From NCBI GenBank assembly GCA_964016885.1, contig OZ024740.1, forward strand, positions 318,432,001 through 318,496,000: 64,000 bases of DNA. Reading direction: 5' to 3'. The first letter of the stretch is position 1. Every line of letters begins with the position of its first letter. Below are positions 42,001-56,000 of the stretch, piece by piece. Source of the DNA: Eledone cirrhosa. Its lineage: Eukaryota. A program made the position numbers and the translations under genes. The notes beneath the pieces are model-generated. The model ran no database searches. It had not been told where the DNA came from and was given only the letters and a program-made list of their open reading frames with translations.

Positions 42001-45000
42001 ACAACAAATAATCCAGGATTGTGTCGTCTATTTCCACAACTTACATTCTATCTGACATTCTAACGACTCTACGAATTCGAAGTCTTTCTACTACAATACT
42101 CACAATAAATAATCCAGGATTGTCTCGTCTATTTCCACAACTTACATTCTATCTGACATTCAAACTACTCTATCAATTCGAAGTCTTTCTACTACAATAC
42201 TAACTTCAAATAATCCAGGATTGTCTCCTCTATTTCCACAACTTACATTCTATCTCACATTCTAACGAGTCTACCAATTCGCTATATTTCTACTACAATA
42301 CTCACAACAAATAAACCAGGATTGTCTCGTCTATTTCCACAACTTACATTCTAGCTGACATACTAACGACTCTACCAATTCGAAGTCTTTCTACTACAAT
42401 ACTAACTTTAAACAATCCAGGATTGTCTCCTCTATTTCCACAACTTACATTCTATCTGACATTCTAACGACTCTACCGATTCGCTGTATTTCTACTACAA
42501 TACTAACCTCAAATAATCCAGGATTGTCTCATCTATTTCCACAACTTACATTCTCTCTGATATTCGAACGACTCTACCAATTCGAAGTCTTTCTACAACA
42601 ATACTAACGTGAAATAATCCAGGATTGTCTCGTCTATTTCCACAACTTACATTCTATCTGACATTCAAACTACTCTATCAATTCGAAGTCTTTCTACTAC
42701 AATACTAACTTCAAATAATCCAGGATTGTCTCCTCTATTTCCACAACTTACATTCTATCTCAGTTTCTAACGAGTCTACCAATTCGCTGTATTTCTACTA
42801 CAATACTCACAACAAATAAACCAGGATTGTCTCGTCTATTTCCACAACTTACATTGTATCTGACATACTAACGACTCTACCAATTCGAAGTCTTTCTACT
42901 ACAATACTAACTTTAAACAATCCATGATTGTCTCCTCTATTTCCACAACTTACATTCTATGTGAAATTCTAACGACTCTACCAATTCGAAGTCTTTCTAC
43001 TACAATACTCACACAAAATAATCCAGGATTGTCTCGTCTATTCCCACAACTTACATTATATCTGACATTCTAATAACTCTACCAATTCGAAATATTTCTA
43101 CTACAATGCTCACAACAAATAATCCAGGATTGCCTCGTCTATTTCCACAACTTACATTCTATCTGACATTCTAACGACTCTACCAAATCGAAGTCTTTCT
43201 ACTACAATACTCACAACAAATAATCCAGGATTGTCTCGTCTATTTCCACAACTTACATTCTATCTGCCATTCTAATGACTCTACCAATTCGCTGTCTTTC
43301 TACTACAATACTCACAACAAATAATCCAGGATTGTCTCGTCTATTTCCACAACTTACATTCTATCTGACATTTTAACGACTCTACCAATTCGAAGTCCTT
43401 CTACTACAATATTAACGTCACATAATCCAGGATTGTCTCCTCTATTTCCACAACTTACATTCTACCTGACATTCTAACGACTCTACCAATTCGGAGTCTT
43501 TCTGCTACAATACTCACAACAAATAATCCAGGATTGCCTCGTCTATTTCCACACCTTACATTCTATCTGACATTCTAACGACTCTACCAAGTCTCTGTAT
43601 TTCTACTACAATACTAACTTCAAATAATCGAGGATTGTCTCGTCTATTTCCACAACTTACATTCTATCTCACATTCTAACGAGTCTACCAATTCGCTGTA
43701 TTTCTACTACAATACTCACAACAAATATACCAGGATTGTCTCGTCTATTTCCACAACTTACATTCTATCTTACATACTAACGACTCTACCAATTCGAAGT
43801 CTTTCTACTACAATACTAACTTTAAACAATCCAGGATTGTCTCGTCTATTTCCACAACTTACATTCTATGTGAAATTCTAACGACTCTACCAATTCGAAG
43901 TCTTTCTACTACAATACTCACACAAAATAATCCAGGATTGTCTCGTCTATTCCCACAACTTACATTATATCTGACATTCTAATAACTCTACCAATTCGAA
44001 ATATTTCTACTACAATGCTCACAACAAATAATCCAGGATTGCCTCGTCTATTTCCACAACTTACATTCTATCTGACATTCTAACGACTCTACCAAATCGA
44101 AGTCTTTCTACTACAATACTCACAACAAATAATCTAGGATTGTATCGTCTATTTCTACAACTTACATTCTATCTGACATTCTAACGACTCTACCAATTCG
44201 AAGTCTTTCTGCTACAATACTCACAACAAATAATCCAGGATTGCCTCGTCTATTTCCACACATTACATTCTATCTGACATTCTAACGACTCTACCAATTC
44301 TCTGTATTTCTACTACAATACTAACTTCAAATAATCGAGGATTGTCTCGTCTATTTACACAACTTACATTCTATCTGACATTCTAACGACTCTACCAATT
44401 CTCTGTATTTCTACTACAATACTAACTTCAAATAATCGAGGATTGTCTCATCTATTTCCACAACTTACATTCTATCTGATATTCGAACGACTCACTCTAC
44501 CAATTCGAAGTCTTTGTACTACCATACTAAAAACAAATAATGCAGGATTGTCTCGTCTATTTCCACAACTTACATTCTATCTGACATTCTAACTACTCTA
44601 CCAATTCGAAGTCTTTCTATTACAATACTCACAACAAATAATCCAGGATTGTGTCGTCTATTTCCACAACTTACATTCTATCTGACATTCTAACGACTCT
44701 ACGAATTCGAAGTCTTTCTACTACAATACTCACAATAAATAATCCAGGATTGTCTCGTCTATTTCCACAACTTACATTCTATCTGACATTCAAACTACTC
44801 TATCAATTCGAAGTCTTTCTACTACAATACTAACTTCAAATAATCCAGGATTGTCTCCTCTATTTCCACAACTTACATTCTATCTCACATTCTAACGAGT
44901 CTACCAATTCGCTATATTTCTACTACAATACTCACAACAAATAAACCAGGATTGTCTCGTCTATTTCCACAACTTACATTCTATGTGAAATTCTAACGAC

Positions 45001-48000
45001 TCTACCAATTCGAAGTCTTTCTACTACAATACTCACAACAAATAATCCAGGATTGTCTCGTCTATTCCCACAACTTACATTATATCTGACATTCTAATAA
45101 CTCTACCAATTCGAAATATTTCTACTACAATGCTCACAACAAATAATCCAGGATTGCCTCGTCTATTTCCACAACTTACATTCTATCTGACATTCTAACG
45201 ACTCTACCAAATCGAAGTCTTTCTACTACAATACTCACAACAAATAATCTAGGATTGTGTCGTCTATTTCCACAACTTACATTCTATCTGACATTCTAAC
45301 GACTCTACGAATTCGAAGTCTTTCTACTACAATACTCACAACAAGTAATCCAGGATTGTCTCGTCTATTTCCACAACTTACATTCTATCTGACATTCAAA
45401 CTACTCTATCAATTCGAAGTCTTTCTACTACAATACTAACGTCAAATAATCCAGGATTGTCTCCTCTATTTCCACAACTTACATTCTATCTCACATTCTA
45501 ACGAGTCTACCAATTCGCTATATTTCTACTACAATACTCACAACAAATAAACCAGGATTGTCTCCTCTATTTCGACAACTTACATTCTATCTGACATTCT
45601 AACGACTCTACAGATTCGCTGTATTTCTACTACAATACTAACCTCAAATAATCCAGGATTGTCTCATCTATTTCCACAACTTACATTCTCTCTGATATTC
45701 GAACGACTCTACCAATTCGAAGTCTTTCTACTACAATACTCACAACAAATAATCCAGGATTGTCTCGTCTATTTCCACAACTTACATTCTATCTGACATT
45801 CAAACGACTCTATCAATTCGAAGTCTTTCTACTACAATACTAACGTCAAATAATCCAGGATTTTCTCGTCCATTTCCACAACTTACATTGTATCTGACAT
45901 TCTAGCGACTCTACCAATTCGAAGTCTTTCTACTACAATACTAACTTTAAATAATCCAGGATGGTCTCCTCTATTTCAACAACTTACATTCTATCTGACA
46001 TTCTAACGACTCTACCAATTCGATGTCTTTCTACTATAATACTCACAACAAATAATCCAGGATTGTCTCGTCTATCTCCACACCTTACATTCTATCTGAC
46101 ATTCTAACGACTCTACCAGTTCGCTGTATTACTACTACAATACTCACAACAAATAAACCAGTATCGTCTCGTCTATCTCCACATCTTACATTCTATCTTA
46201 CATACTAACGACTCTACCAATTCGAAGTCTTTCTACTACAGCACTAACTTTAAATAATCCAGGATTGTCTCGTCTATTTCCACAACTTACATTCTATCTG
46301 ACATTCTATCGACTCTACCAATTCGATGTCTTTCTAATACAGTACTCCTAACAAATAATCCAGGATTGTCTCATCTATTTCTACATCTTACATTCTATCT
46401 GACATTCTAACGACTCTACCCATTCGCTCTATTTCTACTACAATACTAACTTCAAATAATCCAGGATTGTCTCGTCTATTTCCACACCTTACATTCTATC
46501 TGATATTCTAACGACTCTACCAATTCGAAGTCTTTCTACTACAATACTCACAACAAATAATCCAGGATTGTCTCGTCTATTTCCACAACTTACATTCTAT
46601 CTGACATTCTAATGACTCTACCAATTCGCTGTCTTTCTACTACAATACTCACAACAAATAATCCAGGATTGTCTCGTCTATTTCCACAACTTACATTCTA
46701 TCTGACATTTTAACGACTCTACCAATTCGAAGTCTTTCTACTACAATATTAACGTCACATAATCCAGGATTGTCTCCTCTATTTCCACAACTTACATTCT
46801 ACCTGACATTCTAACGACTCTACCAATTCGGAGTTTTTCTGCTACAATACTCACAACAAATAATCCAGGATTGCCTCGTCTATTTCCACACCTTACATTC
46901 TATCTGACATTCTAACGACTCTACCAATTCTCTGTATTTCTAATACAATACTAACTTCAAATAATCGAGGATTGTCTCGTCTATTTCCACAACTTACATT
47001 CTATCTCACATTCTAACGAGTCTACCAATTCGCTGTATTTCTACTACAATACTCACAACAAATATACCAGGATTGTCTCGTCTATTTCCACAACTTACAT
47101 TCTATCTTACATACTAACGACTCTACCAATTCGAAGTCTTTCTACTACAATACTAACTTTAAACAATCCAGGATTGTCTCGTCTATTTCCACAACTTACA
47201 TTCTATGTGAAATTCTAACGACTCTACCAATTCGAAGTCTTTCTACTACAATACTCACACAAAATAATCCAGGATTGTCTCGTCTATTCCCACAACTTAC
47301 ATTATATCTGACATTCTAATAACTCTACCAATTCGAAATATTTCTACTACAATGCTCACAACAAATAATCCAGGATTGCCTCGTCTATTTCCACAACTTA
47401 CATTCTATCTGACATTCTAACGACTCTACCAAATCGAAGTCTTTCTACTACAATACTCACAACAAATAATCTAGGATTGTATCATCTATTTCTACAACTT
47501 ACATTCTATCTGACATTCTAACGACTCTACCAATTCGAAGTCTTTCTGCTACAATACTCACAACAAATAATCCAGGATTGCCTCGTCTATTTCCACACAT
47601 TACATTCTATCTGACATTCTAACGACTCTACCAATTCTCTGTATTTCTACTACAATACTAACTTCAAATAATCGAGGATTGTCTCATCTATTTCCACAAC
47701 TTACATTCTATCTGATATTCGAACGACTCACTCTACCAATTCGAAGTCTTTGTACTACCATACTAAAAACAAATAATGCAGGATTGTCTCGTCTATTTCC
47801 ACAACTTACATTCTATCTGACATTCTAACTACTCTACCAATTCGAAGTCTTTCTATTACAATACTCACAACAAATAATCCAGGATTGTGTCGTCTATTTC
47901 CACAACTTACATTCTATCTGACATTCTAACGACTCTACGAATTCGAAGTCTTTCTACTACAATACTCACAATAAATAATCCAGGATTGTCTCGTCTATTT

Positions 48001-50750
48001 CCACAACTTACATTCTATCTGACATTCAAACTACTCTATCAATTCGAAGTCTTTCTACTACAATACTAACTTCAAATAATCCAGGATTGTCTCCTCTATT
48101 TCCACAACTTACATTCTATCTCACATTCTAACGAGTCTACCAATTCGCTATATTTCTACTACAATACTCACAACAAATAAACCAGGATTGTCTCGTCTAT
48201 TTCCACAACTTACATTCTAGCTGACATACTAACGACTCTACCAATTCGAAGTCTTTCTACTACAATACTAACTTTAAACAATCCAGGATTGTCTCCTCTA
48301 TTTCCACAACTTACATTCTATCTGACATTCTAACGACTCTACCGATTCGCTGTATTTCTACTACAATACTAACCTCAAATAATCCAGGATTGTCTCATCT
48401 ATTTCCACAACTTACATTCTCTCTGATATTCGAACGACTCTACCAATTCGAAGTCTTTCTACTACAATACTAACGTGAAATAATCCAGGATTGTCTCGTC
48501 TATTTCCACAACTTACATTCTATCTGACATTCAAACTACTCTATCAATTCGAAGTCTTTCTACTACAATACTAACTTCAAATAATCCAGGATTGTCTCCT
48601 CTATTTCCACAACTTACATTCTATCTCAGTTTCTAACGAGTCTACCAATTCGCTGTATTTCTACTACAATACTCACAACAAATAAACCAGGATTGTCTCG
48701 TCTATTTCCACAACTTACATTGTATCTGACATACTAACGACTCTACCAATTCGAAGTCTTTCTACTACAATACTAACTTTAAACAATCCATGATTGTCTC
48801 CTCTATTTCCACAACTTACATTCTATCTGTCATTCTAATGACTCTACCAATTCGCTGTATTTTTACTACAATACTAACTTCAAATAATCCAGGATTGTCT
48901 CATCTATTTCCACAACTTACATTCTATCTGATATTCGAACGACTCTAGCAATTCGCTGTATTTCTACTACAATACTAACTTCAAATAATCCAGGATTGTC
49001 TCATCTATTTCCACAACTTACATTCTATCTGACATTCAAAGGACTCTATCAATTCGAAGTCTTTCTACTACAATACTCACAACAAATAATCCAGGATTGT
49101 CTCGTCTATTTCCACAACTTACATTCTATCTGCCATTCTAATGACTCTACCAATTCGCTGTCTTTCTACTACAATACTCACAACAAATAATCCAGGATTG
49201 TCTCGTCTATTTCCACAACTTACATTCTATCTGACATTTTAACGACTCTACCAATTCGAAGTCCTTCTACTACAATATTAACGTCACATAATCCAGGATT
49301 GTCTCCTCTATTTCCACAACTTACATTCTACCTGACATTCTAACGACTCTACCAATTCGGAGTCTTTCTGCTACAATACTCACAACAAATAATCCAGGAT
49401 TGCCTCGTCTATTTCCACACCTTACATTCTATCTGACATTCTAACGACTCTACCAAGTCTCTGTATTTCTACTACAATACTAACTTCAAATAATCGAGGA
49501 TTGTCTCGTCTATTTCCACAACTTACATTCTATCTCACATTCTAACGAGTCTACCAATTCGCTGTATTTCTACTACAATACTCACAACAAATATACCAGG
49601 ATTGTCTCGTCTATTTCCACAACTTACATTCTATCTTACATACTAACGACTCTACCAATTCGAAGTCTTTCTACTACAATACTAACTTTAAACAATCCAG
49701 GATTGTCTCGTCTATTTCCACAACTTACATTCTATGTAAAATTCTAACGACTCTACCAATTCGAAGTCTTTCTACTACAATACTCACACAAAATAATCCA
49801 GGATTGTCTCGTCTATTCCCACAACTTACATTATATCTGACATTCTAATAACTCTACCAATTCGAAATATTTCTACTACAATGCTCACAACAAATAATCC
49901 AGGATTGCCTCGTCTATTTCCACAACTTACATTCTATCTGACATTCTAACGACTCTACCAAATCGAAGTCTTTCTACTACAATACTCACAACAAATAATC
50001 TAGGATTGTATCGTCTATTTCTACAACTTACATTCTATCTGACATTCTAACGACTCTACCAATTCGAAGTCTTTCTGCTACAATACTCACAACAAATAAT
50101 CCAGGATTGCCTCGTCTATTTCCACACATTACATTCTATCTGACATTCTAACGACTCTACCAATTCTCTGTATTTCTACTACAATACTAACTTCAAATAA
50201 TCGAGGATTGTCTCGTCTATTTACACAACTTACATTCTATCTGACATTCTAACGACTCTACCAATTCCTGTATTTCTACTACAATACTAACTTCAAATAA
50301 TCGAGGATTGTCTCATCTATTTCCACAACTTACATTCTATCTGATATTCGAACGACTCACTCTACCAATTCGAAGTCTTTGTACTACCATACTAAAAACA
50401 AATAATGCAGGATTGTCTCGTCTATTTCCACAACTTACATTCTATCTGACATTCTAACTACTCTACCAATTCGAAGTCTTTCTATTACAATACTCACAAC
50501 AAATAATCCAGGATTGTGTCGTCTATTTCCACAACTTACATTCTATCTGACATTCTAACGACTCTACGAATTCGAAGTCTTTCTACTACAATACTCACAA
50601 TAAATAATCCAGGATTGTCTCGTCTATTTCCACAACTTACATTCTATCTGACATTCAAACTACTCTATCAATTCGAAGTCTTTCTACTACAATACTAACT
50701 TCAAATAATCCAGGATTGTCTCCTCTATTTCCACAACTTACATTCTATCT
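39082..50750. repeat. 58-monomer tandem duplication (5866 bp)
   Basis: CTATGTGAAA at 39115 and 44981; TGCCATTC at 43265 and 49131; ORF pairs 39391/45257 and 42021/47887. 5866 = 58x101 + two 4-bp insertions. Confidence 0.92.
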
Positions 50751-52672
50751 GTCATTCTAATGACTCTACCAATTCGCTGTATTTTTACTACAATACTAAC
50801 TTCAAATAATCCAGGATTGTCTCATCTATTTCCACAACTTACATTCTATCTGATATTCGAACGACTCTAGCAATTCGCTGTATTTCTACTACAATACTAA
50901 CTTCAAATAATCCAGGATTGTCTCATCTATTTCCACAACTTACATTCTATCTGACATTCAAAGGACTCTATCAATTCGAAGTCTTTCTACTACAATACTC
51001 ACAACAAATAATCCAGGATTGTCTCGTCTATTTCCACAACTTACATTCTATCTGCCATTCTAATGACTCTACCAATTCGCTGTCTTTCTACTACAATACT
51101 CACAACAAATAATCCAGGATTGTCTCGTCTATTTCCACAACTTACATTCTATCTGACATTTTAACGACTCTACCAATTCGAAGTCCTTCTACTACAATAT
51201 TAACGTCACATAATCCAGGATTGTCTCCTCTATTTCCACAACTTACATTCTACCTGACATTCTAACGACTCTACCAATTCGGAGTCTTTCTGCTACAATA
51301 CTCACAACAAATAATCCAGGATTGCCTCGTCTATTTCCACACCTTACATTCTATCTGACATTCTAACGACTCTACCAAGTCTCTGTATTTCTACTACAAT
51401 ACTAACTTCAAATAATCGAGGATTGTCTCGTCTATTTCCACAACTTACATTCTATCTCACATTCTAACGAGTCTACCAATTCGCTGTATTTCTACTACAA
51501 TACTCACAACAAATATACCAGGATTGTCTCGTCTATTTCCACAACTTACATTCTATCTTACATACTAACGACTCTACCAATTCGAAGTCTTTCTACTACA
51601 ATACTAACTTTAAACAATCCAGGATTGTCTCGTCTATTTCCACAACTTACATTCTATGTGAAATTCTAACGACTCTACCAATTCGAAGTCTTTCTACTAC
51701 AATACTCACACAAAATAATCCAGGATTGTCTCGTCTATTCCCACAACTTACATTATATCTGACATTCTAATAACTCTACCAATTCGAAATATTTCTACTA
51801 CAATGCTCACAACAAATAATCCAGGATTGCCTCGTCTATTTCCACAACTTACATTCTATCTGACATTCTAACGACTCTACCAAATCGAAGTCTTTCTACT
51901 ACAATACTCACAACAAATAATCTAGGATTGTATCGTCTATTTCTACAACTTACATTCTATCTGACATTCTAACGACTCTACCAATTCGAAGTCTTTCTGC
52001 TACAATACTCACAACAAATAATCCAGGATTGCCTCGTCTATTTCCACACATTACATTCTATCTGACATTCTAACGACTCTACCAATTCTCTGTATTTCTA
52101 CTACAATACTAACTTCAAATAATCGAGGATTGTCTCGTCTATTTACACAACTTACATTCTATCTGACATTCTAACGACTCTACCAATTCCTGTATTTCTA
52201 CTACAATACTAACTTCAAATAATCGAGGATTGTCTCATCTATTTCCACAACTTACATTCTATCTGATATTCGAACGACTCACTCTACCAATTCGAAGTCT
52301 TTGTACTACCATACTAAAAACAAATAATGCAGGATTGTCTCGTCTATTTCCACAACTTACATTCTATCTGACATTCTAACTACTCTACCAATTCGAAGTC
52401 TTTCTATTACAATACTCACAACAAATAATCCAGGATTGTGTCGTCTATTTCCACAACTTACATTCTATCTGACATTCTAACGACTCTACGAATTCGAAGT
52501 CTTTCTACTACAATACTCACAATAAATAATCCAGGATTGTCTCGTCTATTTCCACAACTTACATTCTATCTGACATTCAAACTACTCTATCAATTCGAAG
52601 TCTTTCTACTACAATACTAACTTCAAATAATCCAGGATTGTCTCCTCTATTTCCACAACTTACATTCTATCT
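48829..52672. repeat. 19-monomer tandem duplication (1922 bp) nested at the end of the second 58-mer copy
   Basis: ORF pairs 48996/50918 and 50516/52438. A private 1-bp deletion CCAATTCCTG occurs at ~50267 and ~52189. 1922 = 19x101 + 4 - 1. Confidence 0.92.
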
Positions 52673-53019
52673 CACATTCTAACGAGTCTACCAATTCGCT
52701 ATATTTCTACTACAATACTCACAACAAATAAACCAGGATTGTCTCGTCTATTTCCACAACTTACATTCTAGCTGACATACTAACGACTCTACCAATTCGA
52801 AGTCTTTCTACTACAATACTAACTTTAAACAATCCAGGATTGTCTCCTCTATTTCCACAACTTACATTCTATCTGACATTCTAACGACTCTACCGATTCG
52901 CTGTATTTCTACTACAATACTAACCTCAAATAATCCAGGATTGTCTCATCTATTTCCACAACTTACATTCTCTCTGATATTCGAACGACTCTACCAATTC
53001 GAAGTCTTTCTACTACAAT

Positions 53020-56000
53020 ACTAACGTGAAATAATCCAGGATTGTCTCCTCTATTTCCACAACTTACATTCTATCTCACATTCTAACGAGTCTACCAATT
53101 CGCTGTATTTCTACTACAATACTCACAACAAATAAACCAGGATTGTCTCGTCTATTTCCAGAACTTACATTATATCTGACATACTAACGACTCTACCAAT
53201 TCGAAGTCTTTCTACTACAATACTAACGTCATATAATCCAGGATTGTCTCGTCTATTTCCACAACTTACATTCTATCTGACATTCTAAAGATTCTACCAA
53301 TTCGAAGTTTTTCTACTCCAATACTCACAACAAATAATCAAGGATTGTATCTTCTATTTCCACAACGTACATTCTATCTGACATTCTAACGACTCTACCA
53401 ATTCGAAGTCTTTCTACTACAATACTCACAACAATTAATCCAGGAATGTCTCGTCTATTTCCACACCTTACATTCTATCTGACATTCTAACGACTCTACC
53501 CATTCGCTGTATTTCTACTACAATACTAACTTCAAATAATCCAGGATTGTCTCGTCTACTTCCACAACTTACATTGTATCTGATATTCTAACGACTCTAC
53601 CAATTCGAAGTCTTTCTACTACAATACTAACGTCAAATAATCCAGGATTGTCTCCTCTATTTCGACAACTTACATTCTATCTCACATTCTAACGAGTCTA
53701 CCAATTCGCTGTATTTCTACTACAATACTAACTTCAAATAATCCAGGATTGTCTCATCTATTTTCACAACTTACATTCTATCTGATATTCGAACGACTCT
53801 ACCAATTCGAAGTCTTTGTACTACAATACTAACAACAAATAATGCAGGATTGTCTCGTCTATTTCCACAACTTACATTCTATCTGACATTCGAAGGACTC
53901 TACCAATTCGAAGTCTTTCTACTACAATACTCACAACAAATAATCCAGGATTGTATCGTCTATTTCTACAACTTACATTCTATCTGACATTCTAACGACT
54001 CTACCAATTCGAAGTCTTTCTATTACAATACAGACAACAAATAATCCAGGATTGTCTCATCTATTTCCACACCTTACATTCTATCTGACATTCTAACGAC
54101 TCTACCAATTCGCTGTATTTCTACTACAATACTAACTTCAAATAATCCAGGATTGTCTCGTCTATTTCCACAACTTACATTCTACCTGGCATTCTAACGA
54201 CTCTACGAATTCGAAGTCTTTCTACTACAATACTCACAACAAATAATCCAGGATTGTCTCGTCTATTTCCACAACTTACATTCTATCTGACATTCAAACG
54301 ACTCTATCAATTCGAAGTCTTTCTACTACAAAACTAACAACAAATAATGTAGGATTGACTCGTCTATTTCCACAACTTACATTCTATCTGACATTCTAAC
54401 GACTCTACCAATTCGAAGTTTTTCTACTACAATACTCACAACAAATAATCAAGGATTGTATCGTCTATTTCCACAACTTACATTCTATCTGACATTCGAA
54501 CGACTCTACCAATTCGAAGTCTTTCTACTAAAATACTAACTTTAAACAATCCAGGATTGTCTCCTCTATTTCCACAACTTACATTCTATCTGACATTGTA
54601 ACGACTCTACCAATTCGATGTCTTTCTACTACAATACTAATTTCAAATAATCCAGGATTGTCACCTCTATTTCCACAACTTACATTCTATCTGACATTCT
54701 AATGACTCTACCAATTCGAAGTCTTTCTACTACAATACTCACAACAAATAATTCAGGGTTGTATCGTCTATTTCCACAACTTACATTCTATCTGACATTC
54801 TAACGACTCTACCAATTCGCTGTATTTTTACTACAATACTAACTTCAAATAATCCAGGATTGTCTCATCTACTTCCACAACTTACATTCTATCTGATATT
54901 CGAACGACTCTACCAATTCGAAGTCTTTCTACTACAATACTCACAACAAATAATCCAGGATTGTCTCGTCTATTACCACAACTTACATTCTATGTGACAT
55001 TCTAACGACTCTACCAATTCGAAGTCTTTCTATTACAATACTCACGACAAAGAAATCAGGATTGTCTCGTCTATTTCCACAACTTACATTCTATGTGAAA
55101 TTCTAACGACTCTACCAATTCAAAGTCTTTCTACTACAATACTCACAACAAATAATCCAGGATTGTCTCTTCTATTCCCACAACTTACATTATATCTGAC
55201 ATTCTAATAACTCTACCAATTCGAAATATTTCTACGACAATGCTCACAACAAATAATCCAGGATTGCCTCGTCTATTTCCACAACTTACATTCTATCTGA
55301 CATTCTAACGACTCTACCAAATCGAAGTCTTTCTACTACAATACTCACAACAAATAATCTAGGATTGTGTCGTCTATTTCCACAACTTACATTCTATCTG
55401 ACATTCTAACGACTCTACGAATTCGAAGTCTTTCTACTACAATACTCACAACAAGTAATCCAGGATTGTCTCGTCTATTTCCACAACTTACATTCTATCT
55501 GACATTCAAACTACTCTATCAATTCGAAGTCTTTCTACTACAATACTAACGTCAAATAATCCAGGATTGTCTCCTCTATTTCCACAACTTACATTCTATC
55601 TCACATTCTAACGAGTCTACCAATTCGCTATATTTCTACTACAATACTCACAACAAATAAACCAGGATTGTCTCCTCTATTTCCACAATTTACATTCTAT
55701 CTGACATTCTAACGACTCTACAGATTCGCTGTATTTCTACTACAATACTAACCTCAAATAATCCAGGATTGTCTCATCTATTTCCACAACTTACATTCTC
55801 TCTGATATTCGAACGACTCTACCAATTCGAAGTCTTTCTACTACAATACTCACAACAAATAATCCAGGATTGTCTCGTCTATTTCCACAACTTACATTCT
55901 ATCTGACATTCAAACGACTCTATCAATTCGAAGTCTTTCTACTACAATACTAACGTCAAATAATCCAGGATTGTCTCGTCCATTTCCACAACTTACATTG

